From positions 26,890-90,889 of IMG/VR virus record IMGVR_UViG_3300008108_000067: a stretch of DNA of 64,000 nucleotides. One strand, 5' to 3'. Positions 1 to 9,648 of this stretch are shown piece by piece (positions within the stretch are counted from its first letter, which is position 1; each line of letters starts with the position of its first letter). Origin of the DNA: a virus. The notes beneath the pieces were generated by a model. It was not told the DNA's origin and ran no database searches. It worked only from the letters and a program-made list of their open reading frames with translations. The translations under genes were made by a program, and so were the position numbers.

Positions 1-121
1 GGTCTTTTCTGGAAATATCCACCCATTTTTGCTTCAACCACTTACCCAATTCACCTTTTGGTTTATACTTCTCATCCAAAATATCTTCGGTAAGTTCAAC
101 TAAAATATCTTGTAATTTCAT
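1..121 (-). CDS. Partial gene (runs off the left edge): small phage protein MKLQDILVELTEDILDEKYKPKGELGKWLKQKWVDISRKD..., putative internal head protein
   Basis: Manual translation; ATG at 121 overlaps the TAA of the upstream gene; N-terminus resembles that of the 1932-2090 protein. Confidence 0.75.
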   Translation of the reverse strand, partial: MKLQDILVELTEDILDEKYKPKGELGKWLKQKWVDISRKD

Positions 122-483
122 TACTTTAAGAACTTCAACTTATAAATTGTGGAATTCACCAATCCAGAAATTTCATCTACGATATTATTGAGGTCACCAT
201 CTTGTGGCAATCCCTTGCGAACACTATCAATATAGGTTGATAATCCAGTAAAATACTTTACTATTTCATCACCTTCGAAGTATTGCTTTTGTGGAGTATA
301 TCCACGAATAATACCATAACGACCTTGGCAGGTTTCTGCGTACTTATCTACCAAATCTACGATATCATCATAGTATTCATTCAATGCCTTGTGAGCGGCA
401 TATGATGAAGTTTGTAAGTGGAAGATGTGTGCTTGGTCACGACTATTGAATAGTGTGGACAAAAACTTTGCTACGGTTCCCAT
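121..483 (-). CDS. Ferritin/Dps-like four-helix protein (DUF5856-like)
   Basis: QAHIFHLQT-x-SYAAHKALNEYYD...D-x3-E resembles the Dps ferroxidase helices; C-terminal YKLKFL. Confidence 0.75.
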   Translation of the reverse strand: MGTVAKFLSTLFNSRDQAHIFHLQTSSYAAHKALNEYYDDIVDLVDKYAETCQGRYGIIRGYTPQKQYFEGDEIVKYFTGLSTYIDSVRKGLPQDGDLNNIVDEISGLVNSTIYKLKFLK

Positions 484-1130
484 TACATTGCTCCAGCGTC
501 AGAGGCTGGTTGCTCCTTTTGTCCGTATTCGTGATAACTTGTATTTGCTTGGTCCAAGTTATTTTCTGCCACTGCGATATGGTCTTGAATCCATGCTGGA
601 ATGTCCTTTTCGTCCATTCCAAGCTTACCCTTTAATTCGGTTGCGTGACGGATGATGGAGTCAAGAGTTTTAGTTGCCATTGAAACTTCGTGATCTTCAC
701 CTTCAGCACCTTCCTTCTTCATTGCCTTGCCGATTGCGTCACGACGAGCTTGTAAATACTTGTCGGAAGAGTCTTTATCTCCATCGTTATCAATGTCACC
801 ATCTTCTTTACCAACTGGATCCATTGCTTCCAGTTGTGCGATTAATTCATCAAGTTTTGCAGATTGTTCTTCGGAGAGTTCAGTTTCTTCCTTGAGCTTC
901 TTCAAGGTCATAGCTAAACGAGCACGTTGGCCTAGCTTACCACCCTTTTCGGCAGCAGCCTTTAACTTACCGGCTGGGATTGGTTCATCTGCCGATACAC
1001 CAAGTTGTTTCTTTAATGCACCTGGTTTCTTGATTGCTTGTTGAATCCACTTTTCTTCTTCGTTCATCGAACCAACTGGTTTGTTACCAATTGCTTTAAT
1101 ACCAGGTACTAATCCCATTAATTTAATCAT
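483..1130 (-). CDS. Modular putative internal head protein with an EF-hand-like DxDNDGD loop
   Basis: 215-aa ORF; modules KWIQQAIKKPGAL, DPVGKEDGDIDNDGDKD and EDHEVSMA separated by acidic linkers. Confidence 0.6.
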   Translation of the reverse strand: MIKLMGLVPGIKAIGNKPVGSMNEEEKWIQQAIKKPGALKKQLGVSADEPIPAGKLKAAAEKGGKLGQRARLAMTLKKLKEETELSEEQSAKLDELIAQLEAMDPVGKEDGDIDNDGDKDSSDKYLQARRDAIGKAMKKEGAEGEDHEVSMATKTLDSIIRHATELKGKLGMDEKDIPAWIQDHIAVAENNLDQANTSYHEYGQKEQPASDAGAM

Positions 1131-1146
1131 CGTGCTTCTCCAAATG

Positions 1147-1629
1147 TTATAGGGAGGTTTGTCCCTTCTTTTTTGCTATTAAATACCGCTTATATAAATC
1201 TCTTTTTGCTTTCATCAACTTATCTGTTAAATCTACCTTTCCATCATTGTTGATGTCTGCGTCCTCTTGACCCATTGGATCACGACGAACGTGTGGATAA
1301 TGTACTTCTTTCTTACCACTTCTCCATCCACCACCCATACTCTTGTACTTTTTTGCTGCCCATAAGTTAGCGTATGCTGATGGATAGACTTTAAACTTAC
1401 GTTTTGCAGCTGCCTTGGCTGCAGCCCACTTTGATGGATTGGTTGGAATTGACTTTTCTAATAATGCGGAAAGTTCTTCCATTTTTTGTAGTCGTGGGTC
1501 TGCAAAGTCACTTTCAGTTTCTTTATATCCACCCCACGGATAACCTTCATCTTGTTTGCAATCACAACCTTCGGTTTGCAAACAACCACAATCCTCAAAG
1601 ATATATGAATAGTAATCCTTGTAATTCAT
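1147..1629 (-). CDS. Modular basic phage protein (KFKVYPSAYAN module plus EF-hand-like module)
   Basis: Start moved to ATG 1629, just after the upstream stop at 1632; motif KWAAAKAAAKRKFKVYPSAYANLWAAKKYKSMGGGWR. Confidence 0.65.
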   Translation of the reverse strand: MNYKDYYSYIFEDCGCLQTEGCDCKQDEGYPWGGYKETESDFADPRLQKMEELSALLEKSIPTNPSKWAAAKAAAKRKFKVYPSAYANLWAAKKYKSMGGGWRSGKKEVHYPHVRRDPMGQEDADINNDGKVDLTDKLMKAKRDLYKRYLIAKKKGQTSL

Positions 1630-1631
1630 TG

Positions 1632-1928
1632 TTATTTTGCCTTCTTTTTCTTTTTGGAATCTATTGCTCTGTTGGTAGCTGTTGCATATAGGTATGACTT
1701 CCAATCGTCACCAAATTTATCTTTGAAATAACGAACCGAACGTTTGTTTTTTAGTAATTTCTTACCAATCTTATCACGACCTTGAACTTGTCCCTTGGTC
1801 ATCTTTCGTGGTGGTTCACGACTTGCAACCGTACGTTCGTCGAGTTCCTCTTCTTCTGGCTTTTGCATTTCTTGAAGAACTGCTGCCAATTCTTCACGGA
1901 TGATTTCTAAAATTTCATCTTTGGTCAT
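1632..1928 (-). CDS. Hypothetical protein (acidic N-terminus, basic C-terminus)
   Basis: 98-aa ORF packed tightly in the operon. Confidence 0.7.
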   Translation of the reverse strand: MTKDEILEIIREELAAVLQEMQKPEEEELDERTVASREPPRKMTKGQVQGRDKIGKKLLKNKRSVRYFKDKFGDDWKSYLYATATNRAIDSKKKKKAK

Positions 1929-1931
1929 ATC

Positions 1932-2090
1932 TTATACCGGTTTAGATTTGGTTACACCACCACGTTTGCGTTTTTTACGTCCTGCGCAATGTGCTTTTTG
2001 ACTGAAACCTTTGGGGTTACTACAATTTATGGACTTTTTATACTTCTTTGTCCATTTTTCAGTTAGTAAAATATCAACTAGTTTAATCAT
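1932..2090 (-). CDS. Small basic protein MIKLVDILLTEKWTKKYKKSINCSNPKGFSQKAHCAGRKKRKRGGVTKSKPV (52 aa)
   Basis: Manual translation, below the ORF-track cutoff; fills the gap exactly; first gene after the TATTTATA motif. Confidence 0.75.
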   Translation of the reverse strand: MIKLVDILLTEKWTKKYKKSINCSNPKGFSQKAHCAGRKKRKRGGVTKSKPV

Positions 2091-2116
2091 AGTTAAATCC
2101 AATAAAAACACTACAT

Positions 2117-2124
2117 TATAAATA
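2117..2124 (-). promoter_or_regulatory. Putative late promoter motif TATTTATA (coding strand)
   Basis: Same 8-mer recurs in intergenic gaps at 9637, 17373, 33801, 39823 and 59159. Confidence 0.55.
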
Positions 2125-2129
2125 GTGTA

Positions 2130-3716
2130 TTATCCTAGTAACCACGATATATTTTCCTTCTTACCACCAATTTCCATTTCATATGGATTGTGTGTAACAT
2201 GCTTATTTGTGTACACCATACCTTCTACACTATACCTTGTCTTGTCCAATGTTAACTTCGTCAGTTCTATACCCTCCTGGCGCAACCTGAGGGCGGTGTC
2301 CCGTACCCATAGACCTATACACAATGCCATCGTCAAGTCATCGTTATAACCAGATAATGCTTCTGGTCTACCGTTCTTCCAAATAAAAGTATCTAATTCG
2401 GCGCACATACGAGATGACCGAATAGTAAAACTATTTTCTAACATATATTCTTTTAATCGTGCGATAACCAACGGACGAGTTCTTTGCGAGGTGGTGAACC
2501 CAGGTACCATATTTCGTTCTTCACGATAATACTTTCCGGTCATTTGATGCTCGACATCCACATATTGTAAATCTTTGGACATATAAAAGAGATTTTTATA
2601 TCCTCGGTCTATAACTTGTTGTATTGCGTTCCATCCTATACTACTATTTTCTGGGATGAGTAGTGCATCATTGTATTCTGTTGCGATGGACACCAACATA
2701 TTACCAAACTGTTTGGTTTCTACCTTTCCTTTATATTCTGCCACTTGGGTTGACGTTTCTACATCAATCACATGAAATGCGGAATAGTCCTCACCATCTC
2801 CACGAGATACGTCAGCCGAAACAATATAGGATTTCCCGGATTGTGGGTACTCCCATATCCATAAGTTTCCATCAAACCCACCCTTACTAATAGGTTCTTT
2901 CACAAACGTGGATTTGTAGAATTCAATAATTTCTGGTGGGACAACTGTATTACCTGAGAATATAAACGAGGCATCATGTTCTTGTGCTGCCTGCATTTCA
3001 CCAAGAATTTCTGTTTGACGGTCACGCCATGCCTGGTCACGTTCTGGATGTACTTGCCAATCCAACAAGATTGGATTAAATTCGTTTGCTTGACTTTCTG
3101 CTTGTTGCCACATCTTGTGGAAGAAGTTACCCACACCGTTTGGAGTGGAAATAAGAATAGCTTTTCCACCCGTGGATAACGTACTTGATGCTGCCGTCCA
3201 GATAATGTCGGCGTTATCAATAAATGCACACTCGTCAAGAATCAATAGAGACAATGCTTCGGAACGTCCAGCGTCTTTACTACTTGCCACAGCTTTAATC
3301 TGTGACCCGTTGGTAAATTGTAATGACAGTTTATTATCTGTTAATATTTCACCACGTAACCACACAGGAAGGTTTTGATGCATAAAACGAACTTTGGTTA
3401 CTAAGTTTTTTGCAGTTTCTTGCTTGGTTGCGATAACAAGAATATTCTTGTCTTTGTGAAACAACATCAACCACAACGCATACCCCGCAACTAATGTAGA
3501 GAAACCTAACTGACGCCCTTTAAGTACAATGTTATATCGGTTTTCTTCAAACTCTCCCATCGCCTTTGCTTGGTATGGATATAAGTCAAACAACACCCGA
3601 CCACGAATCGGGTGTTGAATATACGAATATTTAGATAAAAAGTACTCAGGCTGGAGTGCGCACTTTTTATATTCTTCTTTAATACGTTCACGTAACTGTT
3701 GTGCTGTTGTATTCAT
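2130..3716 (-). CDS. terL: Terminase large subunit (T4 gp17-like)
   Basis: Walker A KGRQLGFST, Walker B LLILDECAF, coupling motif ISTPNG, RNase H nuclease SADVSRGDGEDYS and DDLTMA. Confidence 0.95.
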   Translation of the reverse strand: MNTTAQQLRERIKEEYKKCALQPEYFLSKYSYIQHPIRGRVLFDLYPYQAKAMGEFEENRYNIVLKGRQLGFSTLVAGYALWLMLFHKDKNILVIATKQETAKNLVTKVRFMHQNLPVWLRGEILTDNKLSLQFTNGSQIKAVASSKDAGRSEALSLLILDECAFIDNADIIWTAASSTLSTGGKAILISTPNGVGNFFHKMWQQAESQANEFNPILLDWQVHPERDQAWRDRQTEILGEMQAAQEHDASFIFSGNTVVPPEIIEFYKSTFVKEPISKGGFDGNLWIWEYPQSGKSYIVSADVSRGDGEDYSAFHVIDVETSTQVAEYKGKVETKQFGNMLVSIATEYNDALLIPENSSIGWNAIQQVIDRGYKNLFYMSKDLQYVDVEHQMTGKYYREERNMVPGFTTSQRTRPLVIARLKEYMLENSFTIRSSRMCAELDTFIWKNGRPEALSGYNDDLTMALCIGLWVRDTALRLRQEGIELTKLTLDKTRYSVEGMVYTNKHVTHNPYEMEIGGKKENISWLLG

Positions 3717-3724
3717 AATACCTC

Positions 3725-4360
3725 TTATTTGACTACAAGGACTCCCGATACTACACCGACTCCGATACCAACCAAAAATGACATTTTACGACTTGGTAAC
3801 TTGATACCAAACATACGGTTGGGATTTTTTGGTGCTTGTGGGATATTAATAACTACTTTTTGTAAACTATCCCGTGATGTTGTAAGTAATAAAATAGCGT
3901 TATCTTTGTTTTTTAATGCTCGTTCCAACTCAGATACTTGCGATGCTTGGGTTTCAATTGTAATTTCTTGTTGTGCAATAATAGAATCTTTCACTGGTAG
4001 TATTGCTCGTGCCAATTCCAGTGTGTCTGTTATTGTTTTCGACATTGTTGCCGCTACAGTTTTTAAATTAGTAGTGGATGTTCGAAGTTCAACAACTTGT
4101 GACCCCAGAACTTTTGCACGTGACTCCGCCGCACGAGCTTCATTTTCTTCTATTGTAATTTGTGTTTTTAAACTATCTGCAAAATGTATAGCAGAATCAG
4201 CTTGTGCTTGAAACTTTTTATATTCCGCTATATACTTGTCCATTTCATCTTGCTTAGCAGATGTTGTAACACAATACGATAATGATGCAATTACCGATAT
4301 TATTACGATAGACTTAGTTGTTTTCAGTATATGCGGGATCACCAAATTTACCCGTTTCAT
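3725..4360 (-). CDS. Membrane-anchored coiled-coil protein (N- and C-terminal hydrophobic segments; possibly spanin-like)
   Basis: Hydrophobic IVIISVIASLSY, heptad-rich middle, C-terminal FLVGIGVGVVSGVLVV. Confidence 0.55.
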   Translation of the reverse strand: MKRVNLVIPHILKTTKSIVIISVIASLSYCVTTSAKQDEMDKYIAEYKKFQAQADSAIHFADSLKTQITIEENEARAAESRAKVLGSQVVELRTSTTNLKTVAATMSKTITDTLELARAILPVKDSIIAQQEITIETQASQVSELERALKNKDNAILLLTTSRDSLQKVVINIPQAPKNPNRMFGIKLPSRKMSFLVGIGVGVVSGVLVVK

Positions 4361-4931
4361 CGAATTCTCCGGCTTCGACCTTTATTAAATGGTCTTTGAG
4401 TTTTTGTATTTCTTCTTCTAAATCTCTTCGAACAGTAGTTAAATCAACATTCCATTTTTCAATCATCAAAATCTTTTCTTGGTCTGCATGAATAAATTCT
4501 GGTTGTGATAGATTTTCGTGGTAATTTTGAAGTTCTTGTATTCTATCTTTTACCCAGGCAATATGATTTTGTTTACCTTTTTCTACAATTGTTTCTACCC
4601 ATTTACCCTGACGTTTTAATTCCATCTCTTCTCTTTCTATACAATTATAACAAACACCACGTTTTTTATAAGCTTTTAGATGAACACCATTCAAGGGAGT
4701 GTCGCACTTTGGACACCACCACGGCGTTTTAAAACCATCCAGTTTAGTGACCGATTGGATTAATCCATTTTTCCTAGTCCACTTTGTACCATTTACATCC
4801 ACCCACACTTCACCTTCTTTTCGTTCAACTTGTTTCGGTGTCCAACCAAACGTAAGTTTTTGTTCCTGCTTGTTCATTACTTCACCAATTTTTCTTCTTA
4901 CGTTCTTCATTGCATCTTCATTTGTTGCCAT
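4314..4931 (-). CDS. Hypothetical zinc-finger protein
   Basis: CPKC...CYNC; GAGG SD upstream. Confidence 0.7.
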   Translation of the reverse strand: MATNEDAMKNVRRKIGEVMNKQEQKLTFGWTPKQVERKEGEVWVDVNGTKWTRKNGLIQSVTKLDGFKTPWWCPKCDTPLNGVHLKAYKKRGVCYNCIEREEMELKRQGKWVETIVEKGKQNHIAWVKDRIQELQNYHENLSQPEFIHADQEKILMIEKWNVDLTTVRRDLEEEIQKLKDHLIKVEAGEFDETGKFGDPAYTENN

Positions 4932-4940
4932 AGTAACCTC

Positions 4941-7793
4941 TCAGTTTGATATTGCTTTTTTAACTATACTCATTGCTGCGGTATATACTGGTTCTTTTTT
5001 ATCGTATTTTAACGCGGTTCCTACAAATATATCTCTATCCGTTTTTGGATTTCTAACTTTCTGTTTTAATACCTTTGCCAAAGTTTGACGTTTTGCCGGT
5101 GGTACGTTTGATACCATATCTTTGGGTGATTTTGTCGGTGTAACTTTTGGCTTTTGTTTCATTTTTGGAGCAGTTACATCTTTACCATGTGTCTGCGTCA
5201 ACTTCAAAGCTTCCTCTGAATCTGTTGTTACTTTAACAATTTTATCAAAGATTTTTTTGTCAAATTTACCGTATACTTTGGTAAATATTTCTTGCTTTGC
5301 TCTATCTGTTATGTTTGGATTTCCCATAACAGACCGAAGTTGTGTACCACTAATATTTTTACCATCAATTTGTAGTTGCATCTCAGGAGCAACTATAAAG
5401 TATCCTTGATCTGCGTATCCTTTGAGGTCTTTTTCTGGTACTTCTTCGTATGGTTTGAAATATTTTCCTCCCAACCGGTCAGCATCTTTTTGACTGACTG
5501 CTGTAACGTACACCGCGTCTGGTGGTAATTTACTTAATACTTCCGATGGTGCGTATGGATTTTTAACTTGTATTACGTTATCGTCTGGTATTCCAAACAT
5601 ACGAGTCATAATTTCTTTTTTGTCTTTGAACCCGAACGGTGATTTGGTTGCATCGGTTTTATCGCTCGATGCGATATATACATTATCTTTACCAAATTTC
5701 TTTACCATTGCTTGATAGATACTATAATGTCCAGCATGAAATGGTTGAAATCTTCCGGTAAATATAGCAGCAATTTTACGTTCCCCAACAGGTGTGGGTT
5801 CTGTCTTTTGCGCTTCCGGTTCTTTCTTTGGTTCTTCTACTGGTGCTTCTTCGGCTTTACCCTTCGCAAACTTCAAAGTTCCTAAAATTTGATTTACTGG
5901 TGCGAATGTACCTGTAAATTTATATGGTTTGCCGTTATATATAAACACCAATCCTTCTGATGGTACGACATTATCAATACCAATATCGTCCAATCGTTCA
6001 ATTTGTGTTTGTAGTTTTGCAAGTTTATTTATATCGTCTGTATCTTGTAGAGACTTAATAGTATCTAATAATTCTTTCTTCAACGATGCAGTTAATTCTG
6101 GATTGTTTGCCGATAACGTATTGGTAACACGACGAAGTGTATCAGCTCCTACTTTCAGAAAAATACTTTCTAATGGGCGTGTAACAGCTCGTTCCGAATT
6201 CGTTAATTCAGTTGCTTCAAATTGCCTAAACCATTTTTTGGTTTCTGGATCTTCAAAGTCCTTAACTCCAATAGCTTTCTTGTCTCCCGTTGCCCATCGT
6301 TTAACCAATCCATTAAATTGTTCTTCCGATAATTCCAATCCTTGTGTTTCTACTTGTCTGGTAAGTTCTCTTTCCCACCATGCTATTTTATAATCTTCCA
6401 AGGTATTTTTATCGTCAAGATCAAATTCTTGTTGTAGTCGTGTCAATGCTGCACCATACTCTTGCATTTTTTCTTTATTACGAGCAGTATCTGCGTCGCT
6501 AAATGCAATACTACGTGGTCCAGATATACCAAACGTTTTTTGTTGCTGTGCGTTTACTTTTGTAATTTGATCAGAAAGTTTTTTACTATCCTCTATATCA
6601 CGACCAATTTCGTTTCCTTCTTCGTCGTATTTAACAGTTCCATGAAATACCAAAACACTCTTGTCGTATGGTATAACGTTCTTTGTGTCTGGAAATATTA
6701 TCTCAACGTTCATAAATTTTGAACCGTCAGCAAACATCTGATCACGTTCTTCTTGTGGTAAAGCTTGAATAGCTTTAGTGATATCATCCGCAGCACCACC
6801 AAAAGCTTTTTCAACGTTACCTCGTCCGGCAAACATCTGTCGTAAATCTGCCGCAGGTAGTGCGTTTTTTGCTTTATTTTTTACTTGGCCTTTATTACGA
6901 GCAAAAACAACTTGACCATCTCTAACAGAAAACATGATATTTTGTCCATCAAGTTTTTCTGTGACAGGTGCTTCCGCATCTAACCCACCTACCAATCCAC
7001 GTTTAATCATTTCTTTTACATCAGAAAACTTTAATGTATCATCTTCATACGGATGTGCTAAATGTCCTGCCGCACCACCCTCAGATATTAATTGCCATGG
7101 ACCATTAGGAACATTACCTTCATATAGTTCAGAAAGATAAACATATTCTAAGCCTTCATTCTTTTTATCTCGTCCGTGGTCTTTACGAGCAAGTTTCCAG
7201 TTACCATTTTTTGCACCATTGGGATGATGTACATCATGGTTTTTCATTTTTGATTTGCCGTACTTCTTAACTGCCTTTTTGCGGTCACGGTTACGGGCAA
7301 CACGGTCATCCTGAGTCTTTTTAAGGTAGTTACGAACTTTTTCGGGATGACGGCGATTGTATCTCCGCATTCGTTCCGTGCTTGATAGTGCTTCATTATT
7401 GATGAATTCATCATCATGCTCCGGTCCAATAGAGTAAGGGTATGCAAATGCATTATCTTTATTTTGTGGTTTAATTTCATCCACTCCACCTTCACCTGCA
7501 CCTGTCTCTCCACCAGTATCACCGCTGTCTGTTGGTGGTGTTGTTGGTTCTTCTGCTGGTTGTTCACCAGTTTTTATTACACGAGGATATAATGGATAGA
7601 AAAATCCATAATTTTTTATTTTTTCTTTTGCTTTTTTACGCTTCTTCTTCATCTCATCCATTGAATCTGTGTGATTAATGGTTAGTTCACCAACAAGTTC
7701 TGGTGCCAACTTCGCAACCAAAAAATTATGTTGGTCAACATATTCATTTTCATTCAATATATTTTCAAATAAATTATTTATTGGATTACTCAT
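4941..7793 (-). CDS. Multidomain protein: HNH-like insert, ligase-like KxDG domain and HIGH-type (cytidylyltransferase-like) nucleotidyltransferase
   Basis: DVHHPNG; EKLDGQN...NVEII...VFHG...SEGLVF...YKF; FTGRFQPFHAGH...ISGTQLR. Confidence 0.7.
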   Translation of the reverse strand: MSNPINNLFENILNENEYVDQHNFLVAKLAPELVGELTINHTDSMDEMKKKRKKAKEKIKNYGFFYPLYPRVIKTGEQPAEEPTTPPTDSGDTGGETGAGEGGVDEIKPQNKDNAFAYPYSIGPEHDDEFINNEALSSTERMRRYNRRHPEKVRNYLKKTQDDRVARNRDRKKAVKKYGKSKMKNHDVHHPNGAKNGNWKLARKDHGRDKKNEGLEYVYLSELYEGNVPNGPWQLISEGGAAGHLAHPYEDDTLKFSDVKEMIKRGLVGGLDAEAPVTEKLDGQNIMFSVRDGQVVFARNKGQVKNKAKNALPAADLRQMFAGRGNVEKAFGGAADDITKAIQALPQEERDQMFADGSKFMNVEIIFPDTKNVIPYDKSVLVFHGTVKYDEEGNEIGRDIEDSKKLSDQITKVNAQQQKTFGISGPRSIAFSDADTARNKEKMQEYGAALTRLQQEFDLDDKNTLEDYKIAWWERELTRQVETQGLELSEEQFNGLVKRWATGDKKAIGVKDFEDPETKKWFRQFEATELTNSERAVTRPLESIFLKVGADTLRRVTNTLSANNPELTASLKKELLDTIKSLQDTDDINKLAKLQTQIERLDDIGIDNVVPSEGLVFIYNGKPYKFTGTFAPVNQILGTLKFAKGKAEEAPVEEPKKEPEAQKTEPTPVGERKIAAIFTGRFQPFHAGHYSIYQAMVKKFGKDNVYIASSDKTDATKSPFGFKDKKEIMTRMFGIPDDNVIQVKNPYAPSEVLSKLPPDAVYVTAVSQKDADRLGGKYFKPYEEVPEKDLKGYADQGYFIVAPEMQLQIDGKNISGTQLRSVMGNPNITDRAKQEIFTKVYGKFDKKIFDKIVKVTTDSEEALKLTQTHGKDVTAPKMKQKPKVTPTKSPKDMVSNVPPAKRQTLAKVLKQKVRNPKTDRDIFVGTALKYDKKEPVYTAAMSIVKKAISN

Positions 7794-9610
7794 AGTTGTG
7801 AACCTGAGAAGAAGGTAGGTGTTGAAATTATATCCAGATTTAGTGCATTGTTGTTCAAATCAAACAACTCTGTTTTGAATACCAAACTAGATGTAATCTG
7901 TGAATTGTTTGGGATTGTAATTGTAACTTCGTCTGGACTAAATGCATATTCTTCTGCAACTTTCAAAGAAACATTTGCAAATTGCCAAAATCCGTTCGAT
8001 ACTACAAATCGTAACCCAGCACTACCACTCTGTGTAATTCTAAAATTAAATGTCTTTTGTGGAAAATATGCTACCTTTTCCGTGGTTGAGATAGAACCTA
8101 TCTTTTGTCCAAGTTTATCTCTACCAATTACCGCCGATCCTGTTAAATAAATATCTACATTGTAGTTACTTGCTGTAAAAGCGGCGGATTGTGAAGTGGT
8201 ATATACGAAACTGTCTAGTTTCAAGGTATATTCGGATGTTGGGAACAATCCAAATTCTTGTCGTGTACCGATGAAATAACTACTTGCCGTAGTCAACGCA
8301 TAGACAGCATCCAGCATATGACTGTCATCACGGGGTAAAGTAAATTGGTACGACGAAGATACCGCGTCATCGTAATAGGACGGATCAGGGATTGCTGATC
8401 CTGTCATCCGATATCCATACCAACTAGAAGATATTATTTGATTAGTACTGAATACCCCAATCGGTTGTTCTCTGTTTGCCAGTCCTGTTGAACTTGTTAT
8501 TAGTAATTCACCAACAACCGTTGGCGTATCAGCAATAAATTCAAAGTCGGTTACTATTGCAGCTTCTCTGTTTGATGCCTTAATTCTAAATATTTGTCCG
8601 CTAACTGTATCTAGATTAATTAATCGTAACTTTGCAAATGAACGTATATTTGTTGGTAATATTCTAACACTTTCACTTACATAGTAATAGTTTATAGATC
8701 CTGTTATAGATGATGCCGTACGGACATATGTAGTATTTGATGCGGTGTATAAACTTTCACCCAATTCGTACTGCCCATTATATAATGTAGGTATACTTAG
8801 AATATTTCCATCAGTTGAACTTGTAATGTTTATATCAGTAAATGATTTAGATGCATTTAAATGACTGAGTGGTAAGTTCAACGATGCCGTGTGATTTTCC
8901 AACACTGTGTACGATTCCGTAGTTGCCGGTATTGTACCCAAATATTTTCTTTTCTGTAATGTAACACTTCCTGTGATTTTTGGAGTTAGATGAAATGATC
9001 TAAATTGAAACGTGTTACAATCATTTACAACTATGTATCCCCGTTGCTTGTTGAGTACACTCTTAGGTTTTAATACTATATTAGAAACTGCTTGATTAAT
9101 TATTGACTGACTCAACAACGAACCCGTTAATAACAATTCGTTTGTTATTATCTGCGGTTGTACTTTTAATCGAATTGGCGTTATGTTTTGGTTTTTTGGT
9201 TCTATGATAATTTTCTTCTGCCAACTTACATTTGAACGACCTTTCCAATCACTTGGTATTGGATTTCCGTTTGCCAATTGTCTAGCGGTTCCCACAATAG
9301 TAAGAATTGCTGCACCACGAGCTGAGTTTTCATAAACTTCGACAACTATAACTCTAGCTCCACCTTCTGCAAAGTTTTTGATAGCTTCCACATACATACT
9401 TTTTCCATTGACATCAAGTAGTTCAATAAAAATGTTTGTATTTGGTTCTAACAATCCCGTTCCTGTTATAAGGAATGCGTTACGTCCACCAGTAAAATAA
9501 CTATTTAATTGTTTTATATTAAAATATACAGATTCCTGTGCGGTATCCTTCACCAACACAGGAATCTTGTCTAAATTTTGTTTAAATAATTCTTTTCTAG
9601 TTCTTGGCAT
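7790..9610 (-). CDS. Putative virion structural protein (S/T-rich, beta-rich)
   Basis: 606 aa with TGS/SGS/TAS motifs like the tail-module proteins; preceded by TATTTATA. Confidence 0.55.
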   Translation of the reverse strand: MPRTRKELFKQNLDKIPVLVKDTAQESVYFNIKQLNSYFTGGRNAFLITGTGLLEPNTNIFIELLDVNGKSMYVEAIKNFAEGGARVIVVEVYENSARGAAILTIVGTARQLANGNPIPSDWKGRSNVSWQKKIIIEPKNQNITPIRLKVQPQIITNELLLTGSLLSQSIINQAVSNIVLKPKSVLNKQRGYIVVNDCNTFQFRSFHLTPKITGSVTLQKRKYLGTIPATTESYTVLENHTASLNLPLSHLNASKSFTDINITSSTDGNILSIPTLYNGQYELGESLYTASNTTYVRTASSITGSINYYYVSESVRILPTNIRSFAKLRLINLDTVSGQIFRIKASNREAAIVTDFEFIADTPTVVGELLITSSTGLANREQPIGVFSTNQIISSSWYGYRMTGSAIPDPSYYDDAVSSSYQFTLPRDDSHMLDAVYALTTASSYFIGTRQEFGLFPTSEYTLKLDSFVYTTSQSAAFTASNYNVDIYLTGSAVIGRDKLGQKIGSISTTEKVAYFPQKTFNFRITQSGSAGLRFVVSNGFWQFANVSLKVAEEYAFSPDEVTITIPNNSQITSSLVFKTELFDLNNNALNLDIISTPTFFSGSQL

Positions 9611-9636
9611 AGTCTCTCAACGTGAATACTACTCAA

Positions 9637-9644
9637 TATAAATA
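9637..9644 (-). promoter_or_regulatory. Putative late promoter motif TATTTATA
   Basis: Recurrent intergenic 8-mer about 27 nt upstream of the ATG at 9610. Confidence 0.55.
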
Positions 9645-9648
9645 GTTA

